Source of the DNA: an uncultured Desulfobacter sp.
GTDB taxonomy: Bacteria; Desulfobacterota; Desulfobacteria; Desulfobacterales; Desulfobacteraceae
Reading direction: 5' to 3'
DNA: 64,000 bases
NCBI GenBank assembly: GCA_963665095.1
Contig: OY762069.1
Coordinates: 5,600,001 to 5,664,000 of the forward strand
Numbering within the stretch: the first letter of the stretch is position 1; each line of letters opens with the position of its first letter. Shown here piece by piece: positions 30,283 through 40,116 of the stretch. A program made the translations under genes and the position numbers. A model generated the notes under the pieces. The model was not told where the DNA came from and searched no databases. It saw nothing but the letters and a program-made list of their open reading frames with translations.

Positions 30283-31866
30283 ATGTCCCAAAAAAACAAC
30301 CTCGAAAGCAATATTTTATATATCGGCCCGTCAAGTCGAGAGGGTCGCCCTGGTAAATATAAACTTTATATGGATTGGGGGAATTCATACCTTTCCTACA
30401 AAAAAAATGTTTGGAAAAGATTGTATTTTAAATCCGTTTTTGACTGGGAAGTAATTCCCGGAGATACTGGAAATAACATTAATATAAAGCCCCACTCCCC
30501 CAGAATTATCTTAAAAAGCTGGAACCGGGCCAAAAAAAAAGAGAAACGCGAATTTATTATCCCCCAAACAGAGTTCGAAACCTGGCTGTATTGGATCATA
30601 ACCGGCGTGTTCAATCATTCACAAACAACTATCCCTTATAAAAGATTAGAATCAAAGACAAAAGGTCTTTCAGCTAAACACCGGGGCCAGCTTAAGGCAC
30701 GGGTGGACTTGAAAGCCTTTGACAATTCTCATCAAATTTTTGTCAACACCCTGGATATGTTGACATACCAGGACTCTTACCGGGGTGAAGATTCCGTCTC
30801 CGGGCTCGCCAAAGGGCGTATGATTGTTAGAAAAAAATTTAATGACCCTGAAATATTTGGAGAGACCAATAACATCCGGTATGGAAAATATGGAGACAAA
30901 ATCGCCAAAGGCGGCAGTGATGCAGTTATTTATAATATCCAGAGGCTGATTAAGCCCACCATTGACGCCAATAACAAGCGAACCTGGGAAAAGGAACCCA
31001 TGGTCATTAAGGTCGCTTCCCCAAATAAGATAGCATACGAGAACTTGATTAAAGAAACCAGGGCCCTTTCGACCCTCGGCAAGCACCCCAACATCATAAC
31101 CTTATATGATGCTCAATTAATCAGTGTAACCCGTTTCGTCACATTTTTAGAAAAGGGACTTTACGACCTCAGTGCTTACTCCATTGACAAAAAGCATGAA
31201 AATCCCAGACCACCCCTGAAACCCAATGAAATTCGTAAGTTTGCCATTGATATTTTGGCAGGCATTGCCCATATGCATGACCGTGGAGTTTATCACCTTG
31301 ATATGAAGCCCGAAAATGTCATGGTGTGTAAATCAAATGTGGCCAAAATTATCGATTTTGGAACCGCCACAAGCAAGGCCTTTGAAAAAAAAGAGGATGC
31401 ACTGGAAAAAGACTGGAAGGGAATTGGAACCTTAGGATACATTTCTCCGGAATCACACAACAGGCACCCCTACAAAAAAACCTCACAAATAGAAAAAAGA
31501 GACTCTTATGCGGTTGGTATGACCATCCTAAGGGCATTGATTGGCCCACGGTATAAATGGAACCCCTTTGTTACGGATACAAAACCGGTACAAATGGAAA
31601 CTCCCACGATGATTAAAGCAAGAATTTCTCACTATCAAAACTTAACAAAGCAGGAGACCTTCAGAAAAAGAATGACCAGAGATTTTATTTTGGTTATTGC
31701 CGATGCCGCAGCCCTGATGATTGATGACAACCCGGACACTCGGATGTCTGTTAGAGAAGCATTGCCATTTATTTTAAACAGTCTGCCCAATAAACGCGAA
31801 TTAAGCCATGAGCATTTAAGGTTAAAAATCGAGGAACGAAGGTATACGAACATATCATCCATATAG
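30283..31866 (+). CDS. Hanks-type Ser/Thr protein kinase with an unrecognised N-terminal region
   Basis: AKGGSDAVIY, VIK, HPNII, YHLDMKPEN, IDFG, GTLGYISPE, DSYAVG; AAGGAG RBS. Confidence 0.9.
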   Translation: MSQKNNLESNILYIGPSSREGRPGKYKLYMDWGNSYLSYKKNVWKRLYFKSVFDWEVIPGDTGNNINIKPHSPRIILKSWNRAKKKEKREFIIPQTEFETWLYWIITGVFNHSQTTIPYKRLESKTKGLSAKHRGQLKARVDLKAFDNSHQIFVNTLDMLTYQDSYRGEDSVSGLAKGRMIVRKKFNDPEIFGETNNIRYGKYGDKIAKGGSDAVIYNIQRLIKPTIDANNKRTWEKEPMVIKVASPNKIAYENLIKETRALSTLGKHPNIITLYDAQLISVTRFVTFLEKGLYDLSAYSIDKKHENPRPPLKPNEIRKFAIDILAGIAHMHDRGVYHLDMKPENVMVCKSNVAKIIDFGTATSKAFEKKEDALEKDWKGIGTLGYISPESHNRHPYKKTSQIEKRDSYAVGMTILRALIGPRYKWNPFVTDTKPVQMETPTMIKARISHYQNLTKQETFRKRMTRDFILVIADAAALMIDDNPDTRMSVREALPFILNSLPNKRELSHEHLRLKIEERRYTNISSI

Positions 31867-32035
31867 CTTAGACTTTAGGTTGGATTAGAATTGAATTGCG
31901 AATTGCCGGGTCGGACCGAGTTAAATAGTTATAAACATAGCAAAAAGATATCAAATAGCACCCTCAAAAACGTCTTAGGTTAATGTTTTTGACCCCAAAA
32001 ACAGCAATTCTAAGAATTGATATGGGTTTCCAACA

Positions 32036-32383
32036 ATGCTCTTGCTACGGGTCGCAAAAAGCCGCGACAACCATTTCGGCCGATCCCCAAACTCAGTTGA
32101 TGAATTAATTTGGGCAATAAATAAGCGCAGAAAGGATGTTTTACAGGCCAAAACTTTTTGGGTTAGAGATGGTGATACGGCTCATTTCAAACTCCAAAAA
32201 TGTAGTTGTGATTTAGTAGAGGCAGGTTTGGCAGAACCTAATCCGAATTTCTGCCTTTGTTCAGCAGGCATGTTTGAAAGTGTTTTTTCCTATGTTTGCA
32301 AAGGACCTGTAAAAGCAGAGATTGTCAAATCGATTGGTATGGGGGATTCACATTGTGAATTTATTGTTAGTTTTGAAGAGTGA
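32036..32383 (+). CDS. DUF6144/V4R-like Cys-rich protein, possibly N-truncated
   Basis: CSC, FCLCSAG, SIGMGDSHCEF. Confidence 0.6.
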   Translation: MLLLRVAKSRDNHFGRSPNSVDELIWAINKRRKDVLQAKTFWVRDGDTAHFKLQKCSCDLVEAGLAEPNPNFCLCSAGMFESVFSYVCKGPVKAEIVKSIGMGDSHCEFIVSFEE

Positions 32384-33005
32384 ACACAAAGCAAACCAAA
32401 AATGCTAACCATTTTCCGGACAAAAAACAAATCGCAGAAACGCTCCTGACCATCCCACAGAAGAGGGCTCAAAAAAAGGTAATGGGGTTTTTATACCCGG
32501 AAGAGATCATGAGGGTCTTCAATTCAGTTGACCTGAAAAAGAAAGAAGGCATGAGAGATTTTACCATTCACCATCTCCTCTATGACTCCGGTGCCCGGGC
32601 CAGTGAGATAGCTACTCTGGAATTTGATTATTTTGATCCAGAGAATGAAACCATTGCGGTCCTGGGCAAGGGGAACCGGTACCGGCTTTCTGCCGGAAAT
32701 ACCTGACCAAAACATTGTCGCCCAAAAGGCTGAAAGGATTGAGTCCGGTTCACTGCTTCAGGCACTCGTGTCCGGTCAATATGGTCACCTCAGAAGATCC
32801 GGTATCGACTATCAAAAATCGTCTTGGCCACCAAAGTGTTGAGTCAACAATGATCTATCTGCAGCTGGACCTGTCAAAAAAACGGGAAATTCAGAATAAG
32901 CTCATTGAATATATGCAATCGAAAATCAATCATGACAAGAAAATTGATGAACTGATTGACTGGGAAAATAAGGCTGAAATTCTTGTCTGGTTAGACAATC
33001 TATAA
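32380..33005 (+). pseudogene. tyrosine recombinase remnant, RitC-like; truncated, internally deleted and frameshifted
   Basis: IPQKR, LYDSGARASE, LGKG, HCFRHS, LGHQSVESTMIY, terminal ILVWLDNL. Confidence 0.8.
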
Positions 33006-33058
33006 CTTACTGCAGCAGCGTTTGCTATCTTTGGAGGGGTATGTAGCAGAACAAAAAA

Positions 33059-33205
33059 TTATGTTGCCAATAGATTTTTAAATTTTTAAAATCGATTTTA
33101 ACATGTTGAATTTTATAACGATATTGATTTGCACAGCGGGCGATAAAAATCTCCTTTAAATTTAGTGAGTTAGACCCGATCGCAACATAAGTCTATCTAT
33201 GCTCG
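33059..33205. mobile_element. putative RIT-element terminus
   Basis: TTATGTTGC (33059-33067) inverted with GCAACATAA (33182-33190), followed by GTCTATC-TATGCTCG, downstream of the RitC-like gene. Confidence 0.5.
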
Positions 33206-33324
33206 CCAAGGCCTATTCCAAAGCAGTACTCAATAACAGAAGCATTGAGGCGGTGGGAGCCTTTCAAGCTTCACACCGCAGACTATGTCAAAAACGAAAC
33301 CCCGCCGATAATTGATTCAGAGGT

Positions 33325-33341
33325 CCGGACTATTACTAATA
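33325..33341 (+). repeat. candidate att site, left copy of a 17-bp direct repeat (CCGGACTATTACTAATA)
   Basis: 16 of 17 identical to 56355-56371. Confidence 0.55.
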
Positions 33342-34044
33342 TTGCTCGCCGGTTTGATGATTTTAAAAGTTTGGAAGTACAGGGAAAATTCGGGGTGTCG
33401 CCCGACTATAAAAAGGAGTCTGACTGAAGGGGAGTCCTCACCTCAGCTTTTTTGATTGACCTGCCAGATTTTTGATCCAGATCATCCAGGGCACCAATAA
33501 CAAAGAACAATAGGCCTTGCGAGAGCTAAGGCGGAGATCGGCCTTCCGAAACATGGCTTACAACATGACTCGATATAAAATATTGGTCCGTAATGGAGTC
33601 TGACGGGATAATGGACGGCCAAGGTCGTTCAATCCCTCTGACGAACTTTTTGTGGGAGATGTTCGCAGCCAGACTAGGCATTGCGTGGAAATAAATAGCG
33701 CAATATTGCGCCGAATTTTGCTCCATATACGAGGTGTGCTAAATGTTGAATAGCCGGTCTATTCGGCCTTTAGCACAAAGAAGTAGATGGGGCAAAAGGC
33801 AAGCAAGATGTGCTATTTATTTTTGTGTAATGCCTTAGGGCATGGAAATGAATTTTATTCGTGGATTCCATAATTTTTCAAAAATTTAATTCAGCACCGG
33901 ATTATTCGAGGTGCCCTTAAATCATTATCCGCCGCCTGGGTACTTCATACAGCAATCAGAACCAATACAGTGGCTCAGACTTTGACAATATTTAAATAAT
34001 TTCCTATTAGATGTATTGCAGTCTAAACATGTTAGGATTCATAT

Positions 34045-35544
34045 ATGCAAAATTTTTTAGACATTTTCACTAATATTCTCAGTTCAGTGCGTGAGCCGCT
34101 CGTGGTTCTTGATGCCGATTTGAAAATTGTCAGAGCAAATCATGCGTTCTACATGGCCTTTTGTACCAAGCAGGAAGAGACAGAGGGCGTTTTAATTTAT
34201 GATCTTGGCAACGGGCAGTGGAATATCCCCGGACTCAGAGAATTGCTTGAGAAGATCCTCCCTGAAAATACCGTGTTCAATGATTTTGAAGTGGAGCATT
34301 CCTTTGATGGCATCGGGCCTAAAATCATGCATCTGAATGCCAGAAGAATCTATAACGATTTTAAAAAATTGGAGTTGATTCTGCTGGCCATTGAGGATGT
34401 GACCGAAAAAGAGCATTACAAGCGCAATCTTGAGGATATTGTAAAAAAAAGGACCCAACAACTTGTTCTTGAAAAAAAGAAAACAGAACAGGAAAAACAA
34501 ATTGCCGAGAGATCCTTAAAAGAAATTGAAGTACTGAAAAAGCAACTTGAAGATGAACGGGCGTATCTTAAAGACGAGATCAAGCTGGAACATAATCACG
34601 AGAGCATTATCGGTCAGAGTGACGGGCTTAAATATGTGCTCTTCAAAGTTGAGCAGATTGCAGACAGCAACACAACAGTTATGGTTCTCGGTGAGACAGG
34701 CACAGGTAAAGAGCTTGTGGCCCGGGCAATTCACAGCAACAGCAGCCGGAAAAACCGGGCACTGGTCAAGGTCAATTGTGCGGCATTGCCCTCAAATCTT
34801 ATAGAGAGCGAGCTTTTCGGTCATGAAAGAGGCGCGTTTACCGGTGCCGACCGCAGCCACAAAGGACGATTTGAGATTGCTGACAAAGCCACCCTGTTTC
34901 TGGACGAAATCGGAGAGATGCCTCTGGAATTGCAATCAAAGCTGCTCAGGGTCATTCAGGACGGTGAATTCGAACGGCTGGGCAGTTCTCGCACCACCAA
35001 GGTGGATGTCCGGATCATTGCCGCGACAAACCGGAATCTTGAGCAGGAAATTGAAAAAGGGCGTTTCAGGGAAGATCTGTGGTACCGGCTCAATGTTTTT
35101 CCCATTACCATGCCGCCGCTGCGGGAAAGAAATGAGGATATCCCCCTTCTGGCTGATTTTTATATAAAAAAAATCTCCCGGAGACTGGGAAAGCAGATCA
35201 AGGTGGTTCCTCAAAACGTGATGAATGCCCTTCTAAATTACCACTGGCCGGGAAACGTTAGGGAACTGGAAAATGTTCTTGAACGGGCAGTGATCAATTC
35301 ATCAAGCGCCAAACTTCATCTGGCGGATGATCTGGAAAAATCCTACAGGCATTTGACCAAAGACTTTAAAACCCTGGAGGCGGTTGAACGCGATTATATC
35401 ATCCGCGTGCTCGAACAGACCCGCTGGAAAGTCAGCGGTAAGAACAGTGCGGCCCAGATCCTGGGTTTAAACCGCAGTACATTGCGTGCCCGCATGCGCA
35501 AACTCTCCATCGTTCCCCCTGAACGCCTTCCCTTTGATTCTTAA
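34045..35544 (+). CDS. PAS-domain sigma54-dependent transcriptional activator
   Basis: N-terminal PAS and coiled coil, [29 protein letters not shown], Fis-type HTH. Confidence 0.96.
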   Translation: MQNFLDIFTNILSSVREPLVVLDADLKIVRANHAFYMAFCTKQEETEGVLIYDLGNGQWNIPGLRELLEKILPENTVFNDFEVEHSFDGIGPKIMHLNARRIYNDFKKLELILLAIEDVTEKEHYKRNLEDIVKKRTQQLVLEKKKTEQEKQIAERSLKEIEVLKKQLEDERAYLKDEIKLEHNHESIIGQSDGLKYVLFKVEQIADSNTTVMVLGETGTGKELVARAIHSNSSRKNRALVKVNCAALPSNLIESELFGHERGAFTGADRSHKGRFEIADKATLFLDEIGEMPLELQSKLLRVIQDGEFERLGSSRTTKVDVRIIAATNRNLEQEIEKGRFREDLWYRLNVFPITMPPLRERNEDIPLLADFYIKKISRRLGKQIKVVPQNVMNALLNYHWPGNVRELENVLERAVINSSSAKLHLADDLEKSYRHLTKDFKTLEAVERDYIIRVLEQTRWKVSGKNSAAQILGLNRSTLRARMRKLSIVPPERLPFDS

Positions 35545-35615
35545 TGGGCGTATTTTTGTTGTGGCCGATCCTTTTGCAGCCATGCACCTGATCCCCAAAA
35601 GGGGGACATTAAAAA

Positions 35616-35647
35616 GGTCCCATATGACCCATTGGACAAATACGACC
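35616..35647 (+). promoter_or_regulatory. tandem upstream activator sequence 1 (GGTCCCATATGACC-N4-GGACAAATACGACC)
   Basis: Shared with 44808-44839; 135 bp upstream of a consensus sigma54 promoter. Confidence 0.7.
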
Positions 35648-35673
35648 GCTTTTGAGACCCTCCGGCGTCCTTA

Positions 35674-35687
35674 CCCCCCCCCCCCCC
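35674..35687 (+). repeat. C14 homopolymer between the UAS and the sigma54 promoter
   Basis: Direct reading of the sequence. Confidence 0.85.
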
Positions 35688-35750
35688 TTCTTTGGGTGTT
35701 TCCCCTTAAAATTCAGCATCATCAAAGAATAAATTCCCCGACCCGTCCCC

Positions 35751-35765
35751 TGGCACAATGATTGC
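35751..35765 (+). promoter_or_regulatory. sigma54 (-24/-12) promoter
   Basis: TGGCAC-AATGA-TTGC fits the TGGCAC-N5-TTGC consensus; lies directly downstream of an activator gene. Confidence 0.88.
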
Positions 35766-35864
35766 CCTATCAGGTTACAACACTCCCGCCCGCGGAAAAG
35801 CAGAAAAAGCGGGAAAACGGGCAATGGAAAAATAAACCAGAAATTTTAATCTCAAGAGGCATTT

Positions 35865-35963
35865 ATGGGCGACAAAGGAAAACGAGACAAAGGCAAGCGT
35901 GAAGAACAGAAAAAAGCCAAGTTGACACCAAAGGAGAAACGCAGACAAAAAAAACTAAAGTAA
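35865..35963 (+). CDS. 32-aa very basic small protein MGDKGKRDKGKREEQKKAKLTPKEKRRQKKLK
   Basis: GAGG RBS; first ORF after the sigma54 promoter; below the ORF-track cut-off. Confidence 0.65.
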   Translation: MGDKGKRDKGKREEQKKAKLTPKEKRRQKKLK

Positions 35964-36049
35964 CCTTCTGGCAAGCGTTTTGGCGCTCGGCCCAGGAGGG
36001 TTAACGGTTCCCGGTTAATTTGCCGGCATGAGTTTAAGAGGTGATCCAA

Positions 36050-36379
36050 ATGATGATTGTCACAATGACCTTCAACGTACATCCGGAAAAACATCTGGAA
36101 GTGCTGCAAACCCTTCTCTCCCTGATGGAACCGTTGAGAAAGGAACCCGGCTGCAGAAGCTGCACCGCCTTTTGTGACATTGAGGAGGAGAACCGGTTCA
36201 TACTGCTTGAAGAATGGGAAACCCGTAACGAGATGAACCATCACATCCGATCCCAGCAGTTCGATGTCCTTCTGGGTACAAAAACACTCTTATCAGAACC
36301 GCCCCGGATTCGAATTCATACCGTGTCCCGAACCGGGGGGATGGATGCCGTCCGGGCGCTCCGGCTGAAAAAAGGCTGA
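36050..36379 (+). CDS. antibiotic biosynthesis monooxygenase (ABM) family protein
   Basis: RKEPGC, FILLEEWET, HIRSQQF. Confidence 0.85.
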   Translation: MMIVTMTFNVHPEKHLEVLQTLLSLMEPLRKEPGCRSCTAFCDIEEENRFILLEEWETRNEMNHHIRSQQFDVLLGTKTLLSEPPRIRIHTVSRTGGMDAVRALRLKKG

Positions 36380-36399
36380 TGGCATAAAGGAATACCCAA

Positions 36400-37878
36400 A
36401 TGAATATACTTCTGATTTATCCTAAATTTCCGGACACCTTCTGGTCGTTTAATCATGCGGTGGGTTTCATCGGTAAAAAAGCCGCGTTCCCCCCTTTGGG
36501 CCTTTTGACAGTGGCTGCGCTGCTGCCTCAAAACTGGTCCAAAAGACTTGTGGATACCAATGTGGAGCGCTTGAGCGACAACGACCTTTCATGGGCAGAC
36601 ATGGTCTTTATGGGCGGCATGACGGTTCAGCGCGAATCCGCCTGCCGGATTATTGACCGGTGCAACGCCTTGGCGGTGACCATAGTCTGCGGGGGGCCTC
36701 TTTTTACGGCTGAACCGGAGCAATTCGGGGCTGCGGATCACCTGGTGCTGGATGAAGCCGAGCTGACACTGCCCCTTTTTTTATCAGACCTGGAAAAGGG
36801 GCAGGCAAAAAAGATCTATCGGGCAAAAGGGTTCAGTGACCTTGGAAAGACACCGGTTCCCCTGTGGCATCTGCTGAAGGTAAAACAATATGCCGCCTTG
36901 AGCATCCAGTTCTCCAGGGGCTGTCCCTTTAACTGCGATTTCTGCAATGTCACCGCATTGTTCGGACACCGGCCCCGGCTGAAATCACCCGAACAGATCA
37001 TTGGGGAACTGGACCGTATCTATGATCTTGGCTGGCGCAGCAGCGTCTTTTTTGTGGATGATAATTTTATCGGCAACACCCGGTTCCTGAAGGACCACCT
37101 GCTTCCGGCCCTGATCCAATGGCGCCGGGATAAAAAAGGATGCGTCTTTTTTACAGAATCCTCCATCAACCTTGCCGATGATCCGGAACTGCTCTCTTTG
37201 ATGGTTAAAGCCGGATTTGACTCCGTGTTCATCGGTATCGAGTCTCCGGATGAAACCGCCTTGAGCGAATGCCATAAAGTCCAGAATAAAAACAGGGATC
37301 TGCTTGAAAGTGTGGCCATCATCCACAAAAGCGGCCTGCAGGTGATGGGCGGGTTTATCGTGGGATTTGACAGTGACCCGCCATCCATTTTTCAACGCCA
37401 GATCGATTTTATCCAGCACAGCGGGATCGTCATGGCCATGGTGGGGATGCTTCAGGCACCCCCGGGAACCCGCCTGTTTGACAGGCTTCAGCGCTGCAAA
37501 AGGGTGGTCAGGCCCTTTACCGGCGATAATGTGGACGGCACCACCAATATCCTGCCCCGGATGGGGATAGAGGCGCTGTCAAAGGGGTACCAACGGATCA
37601 TGAAACAGATCTATTCCCCGGCAAACTATTACCGGCGGGTCAGGACCCAGTTGCGGGCCCTCACGCCCCCCGAGGTGTCCGCCCCCCTGGACTTCCAGCG
37701 GTTTCTCTCCTTTTTCAGAGCCGGTATCAGGCTGGGTATCCTGGGAAAAGAGCGGTTCTGCTATTGGCAGCTGATCCTGTGGACCCTTGTTCGAAAACCC
37801 CGGCTGATCTCTTTGGCCGTAACCTTATCCATATACGGGTATCATTACCGGAAAATCTGTGAACGTTATATCTATTAA
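36400..37878 (+). CDS. B12-binding radical SAM protein (DUF4070 C-terminus)
   Basis: PPLGLLTVAA, SRGCPFNCDFC, FVDDNF, FIGIES, GFIVGFD. Confidence 0.92.
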   Translation: MNILLIYPKFPDTFWSFNHAVGFIGKKAAFPPLGLLTVAALLPQNWSKRLVDTNVERLSDNDLSWADMVFMGGMTVQRESACRIIDRCNALAVTIVCGGPLFTAEPEQFGAADHLVLDEAELTLPLFLSDLEKGQAKKIYRAKGFSDLGKTPVPLWHLLKVKQYAALSIQFSRGCPFNCDFCNVTALFGHRPRLKSPEQIIGELDRIYDLGWRSSVFFVDDNFIGNTRFLKDHLLPALIQWRRDKKGCVFFTESSINLADDPELLSLMVKAGFDSVFIGIESPDETALSECHKVQNKNRDLLESVAIIHKSGLQVMGGFIVGFDSDPPSIFQRQIDFIQHSGIVMAMVGMLQAPPGTRLFDRLQRCKRVVRPFTGDNVDGTTNILPRMGIEALSKGYQRIMKQIYSPANYYRRVRTQLRALTPPEVSAPLDFQRFLSFFRAGIRLGILGKERFCYWQLILWTLVRKPRLISLAVTLSIYGYHYRKICERYIY

Positions 37879-37924
37879 CATGCATACCCTCTTATGGGAT
37901 GCTGTCTCGTAAAGGAGCTGACCT

Positions 37925-39037
37925 GTGGCCGACACCTCAACACATCAATTTAAAGATTATCTAAACCGGTTCAAGAAACGATTATCCGGCTCTTCGTCGG
38001 ATATGAGACTGAATATAAGGCTGGGTAGAGGATTTCAAACCCTGCTGATACTGGCCGCGATTTTATACTTTAGTTATGCCTATTTATTCGTTTATGTGGA
38101 ACCAAATGAATACGGCATCAAGGTGATCCGGGTGGGGATGACCCGCGGCGTTCAAAAAGAGGTGTACCATGCCGGGCTCACCTTTGTTCTGCCCTTTGGT
38201 CTGCAGAAGATGTACCGCCTTCCCAAGGGCATCCAGGTTCTGGAGCTGACCAATTTTCCGGAAACAGCGGCCAACGGTGCCAGAAAAGACCGGGCCGCCC
38301 ATATCCAGACCTCGGATGGTTTTTTTGTGGATGTGGATGTCTCCATGCTCTACCACATCAAGGACCCTTACCTGGTATTTACCACCATCGGTCCGGGCAA
38401 GCTGTACGAAGACAACGGCATTATCCCCAAGGCCGAGCCGGCCCTGAAAGAGACCCTGGGCAAACTGACCACCGAAGAGTTTTACAACAGCCCCATGCGG
38501 GTCAAAAAGGCGGAGGAGGCCAAAGCCAATCTCAACCGGGAACTCAACGCCAAGGGCATTGAGGTGGATCAGGTGCTGGTCCGGTATTTTCGATACAGTC
38601 CTGAAATCCAGAAAAACATTGAAGCCAAAAAACTTCAGGATCAGATGGTCTTTACCAACCAGGCCGCGGCCCGGGCAGCCAGGGAAGAGGCCCAGTTGAA
38701 GAAGATTGTCCAGGAGGGCATGGTCATCGCTGCGGTTGAGATGGAAAAAGGAAAAGCCTATGTAACCCGTAAAATCGCAGAAAAAGACCTCTATGCCCGT
38801 AAAATAAAAGCCCAGGCCGATCTTCTGGTGAAACTGTCTGAGGCCGAGCGGGTGCGCCTGAAAAATGAGGCATTACAGGGCGTCGGGTCCGACCGTATGG
38901 TAGGACTGAAGATGGCCCGGGCCTATGAGGGCCTTGACCTGATTATCCTGCCCAGCGACGGTGCCCATGGGGTCAACCCGCTGGATCTGAACAACACTTT
39001 GAGCCTGTTTGATGTCCGCCAGGGAGGTACCAAATGA
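37925..39037 (+). CDS. SPFH/band 7 domain membrane protein
   Basis: TM segment, then VEPNEYGI...QTSDGFFVDVDVSMLYHI; Ala/Glu-rich coiled coil. Confidence 0.85.
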   Translation: MADTSTHQFKDYLNRFKKRLSGSSSDMRLNIRLGRGFQTLLILAAILYFSYAYLFVYVEPNEYGIKVIRVGMTRGVQKEVYHAGLTFVLPFGLQKMYRLPKGIQVLELTNFPETAANGARKDRAAHIQTSDGFFVDVDVSMLYHIKDPYLVFTTIGPGKLYEDNGIIPKAEPALKETLGKLTTEEFYNSPMRVKKAEEAKANLNRELNAKGIEVDQVLVRYFRYSPEIQKNIEAKKLQDQMVFTNQAAARAAREEAQLKKIVQEGMVIAAVEMEKGKAYVTRKIAEKDLYARKIKAQADLLVKLSEAERVRLKNEALQGVGSDRMVGLKMARAYEGLDLIILPSDGAHGVNPLDLNNTLSLFDVRQGGTK

Positions 39038-40071
39038 AACGGTTTATCCTAGTTGTAATCCTGATGACAGCAGTGGTTTGGTCCACAGGTTGTATGCCCC
39101 ATACCACAGGGGAAACCCAAGTCGGTGTCCGCACCCGGAAAATCAGCCTCTTTGGTCCCAAAGGGGTGGAAGACCATGTCTATGCCCAGGGCTCAACCTA
39201 TTTTTTCATGCCCTTTATCAATGACTGGCATGTCTTTGATACCAAACTGCAGAATCTGGAAATGACCTTTTCAAAAGCCCGGGGAGACCGCAGATCCCAG
39301 GATGACCTGCTGTTTAAAACCACTGACGGCAATGACATCAGCCTGGATGTGATCATTGCCTACAGGATTGACGCCTCAAAAGCCCCTTACATTCTCCAGT
39401 ATGTGGCCCCGAACGATGCCATCCTGAGGGAAACCATCGTCAGGACCGTGGCCAGAAGCAAGCCCAGGGATATCTTCGGAGAGTTGAAAACCGAAGCTTT
39501 TTATGTGGCCGAAGCAAGAGAGACCCAGTCTGCAAAGGCCAAGGCCGCCTTGGATAAGATCCTTGGCCCCATGGGCATTGTCATTGAAAAGGTGCTGACC
39601 AACGACTACCGGTTCAATGCGGAGTACACCAAGGCCATTGAAGATAAAAAAGTGGCAGACCAGCAGGTGGAAAAGAATAAATCTGCCCAGCACGCCGCCC
39701 TTGAAGAGTACAAACGAAAACTTGAAGAGGCCCGGGGGGAAGTCAACAAGATGGTGGCCAATGCCGACGGCCAGTATCAAAAGGATAAAATCGAGGCCGA
39801 TGTCTACCTGGAACAGCAGCAGCTTCTGGCCAGGGCCATCGAGGCAGAAGGCATTGCCGAAGCCAAGGGCATCCGGGAGATGAACAATGCACTGGCCGGT
39901 TCGGGCGGTGAGACCATCGTGAAACTGGAAATTGCACAGGCCCTTGAAGGCAAGCGCATTATTCTGCTTCCGGTGTCCGAGGGGGGAATGAACCTTAAAA
40001 CAACGGATATCAACCGGCTCATCGAGACCCTGGGGGTGAAATCGCTTTCCCCGCGCCAGAGCCCGGATTAA
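39034..40071 (+). CDS. SPFH/band 7 domain lipoprotein
   Basis: Lipobox-like STGC, TTDGNDISLDVIIAYRID, AIEDK, coiled coil; ATGA overlap with the preceding gene. Confidence 0.85.
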   Translation: MKRFILVVILMTAVVWSTGCMPHTTGETQVGVRTRKISLFGPKGVEDHVYAQGSTYFFMPFINDWHVFDTKLQNLEMTFSKARGDRRSQDDLLFKTTDGNDISLDVIIAYRIDASKAPYILQYVAPNDAILRETIVRTVARSKPRDIFGELKTEAFYVAEARETQSAKAKAALDKILGPMGIVIEKVLTNDYRFNAEYTKAIEDKKVADQQVEKNKSAQHAALEEYKRKLEEARGEVNKMVANADGQYQKDKIEADVYLEQQQLLARAIEAEGIAEAKGIREMNNALAGSGGETIVKLEIAQALEGKRIILLPVSEGGMNLKTTDINRLIETLGVKSLSPRQSPD

Positions 40072-40116
40072 TCTCAAGGCCTGAGAACACCCCAAGCCCA
40101 AGGAAGGGACAAGCGC

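Noticed and set aside
33245..33726. Short ORFs 33245-33427 and 33526-33726 as genes
   Set aside because: No RBS or motifs; they span an element junction and degenerate sequence.
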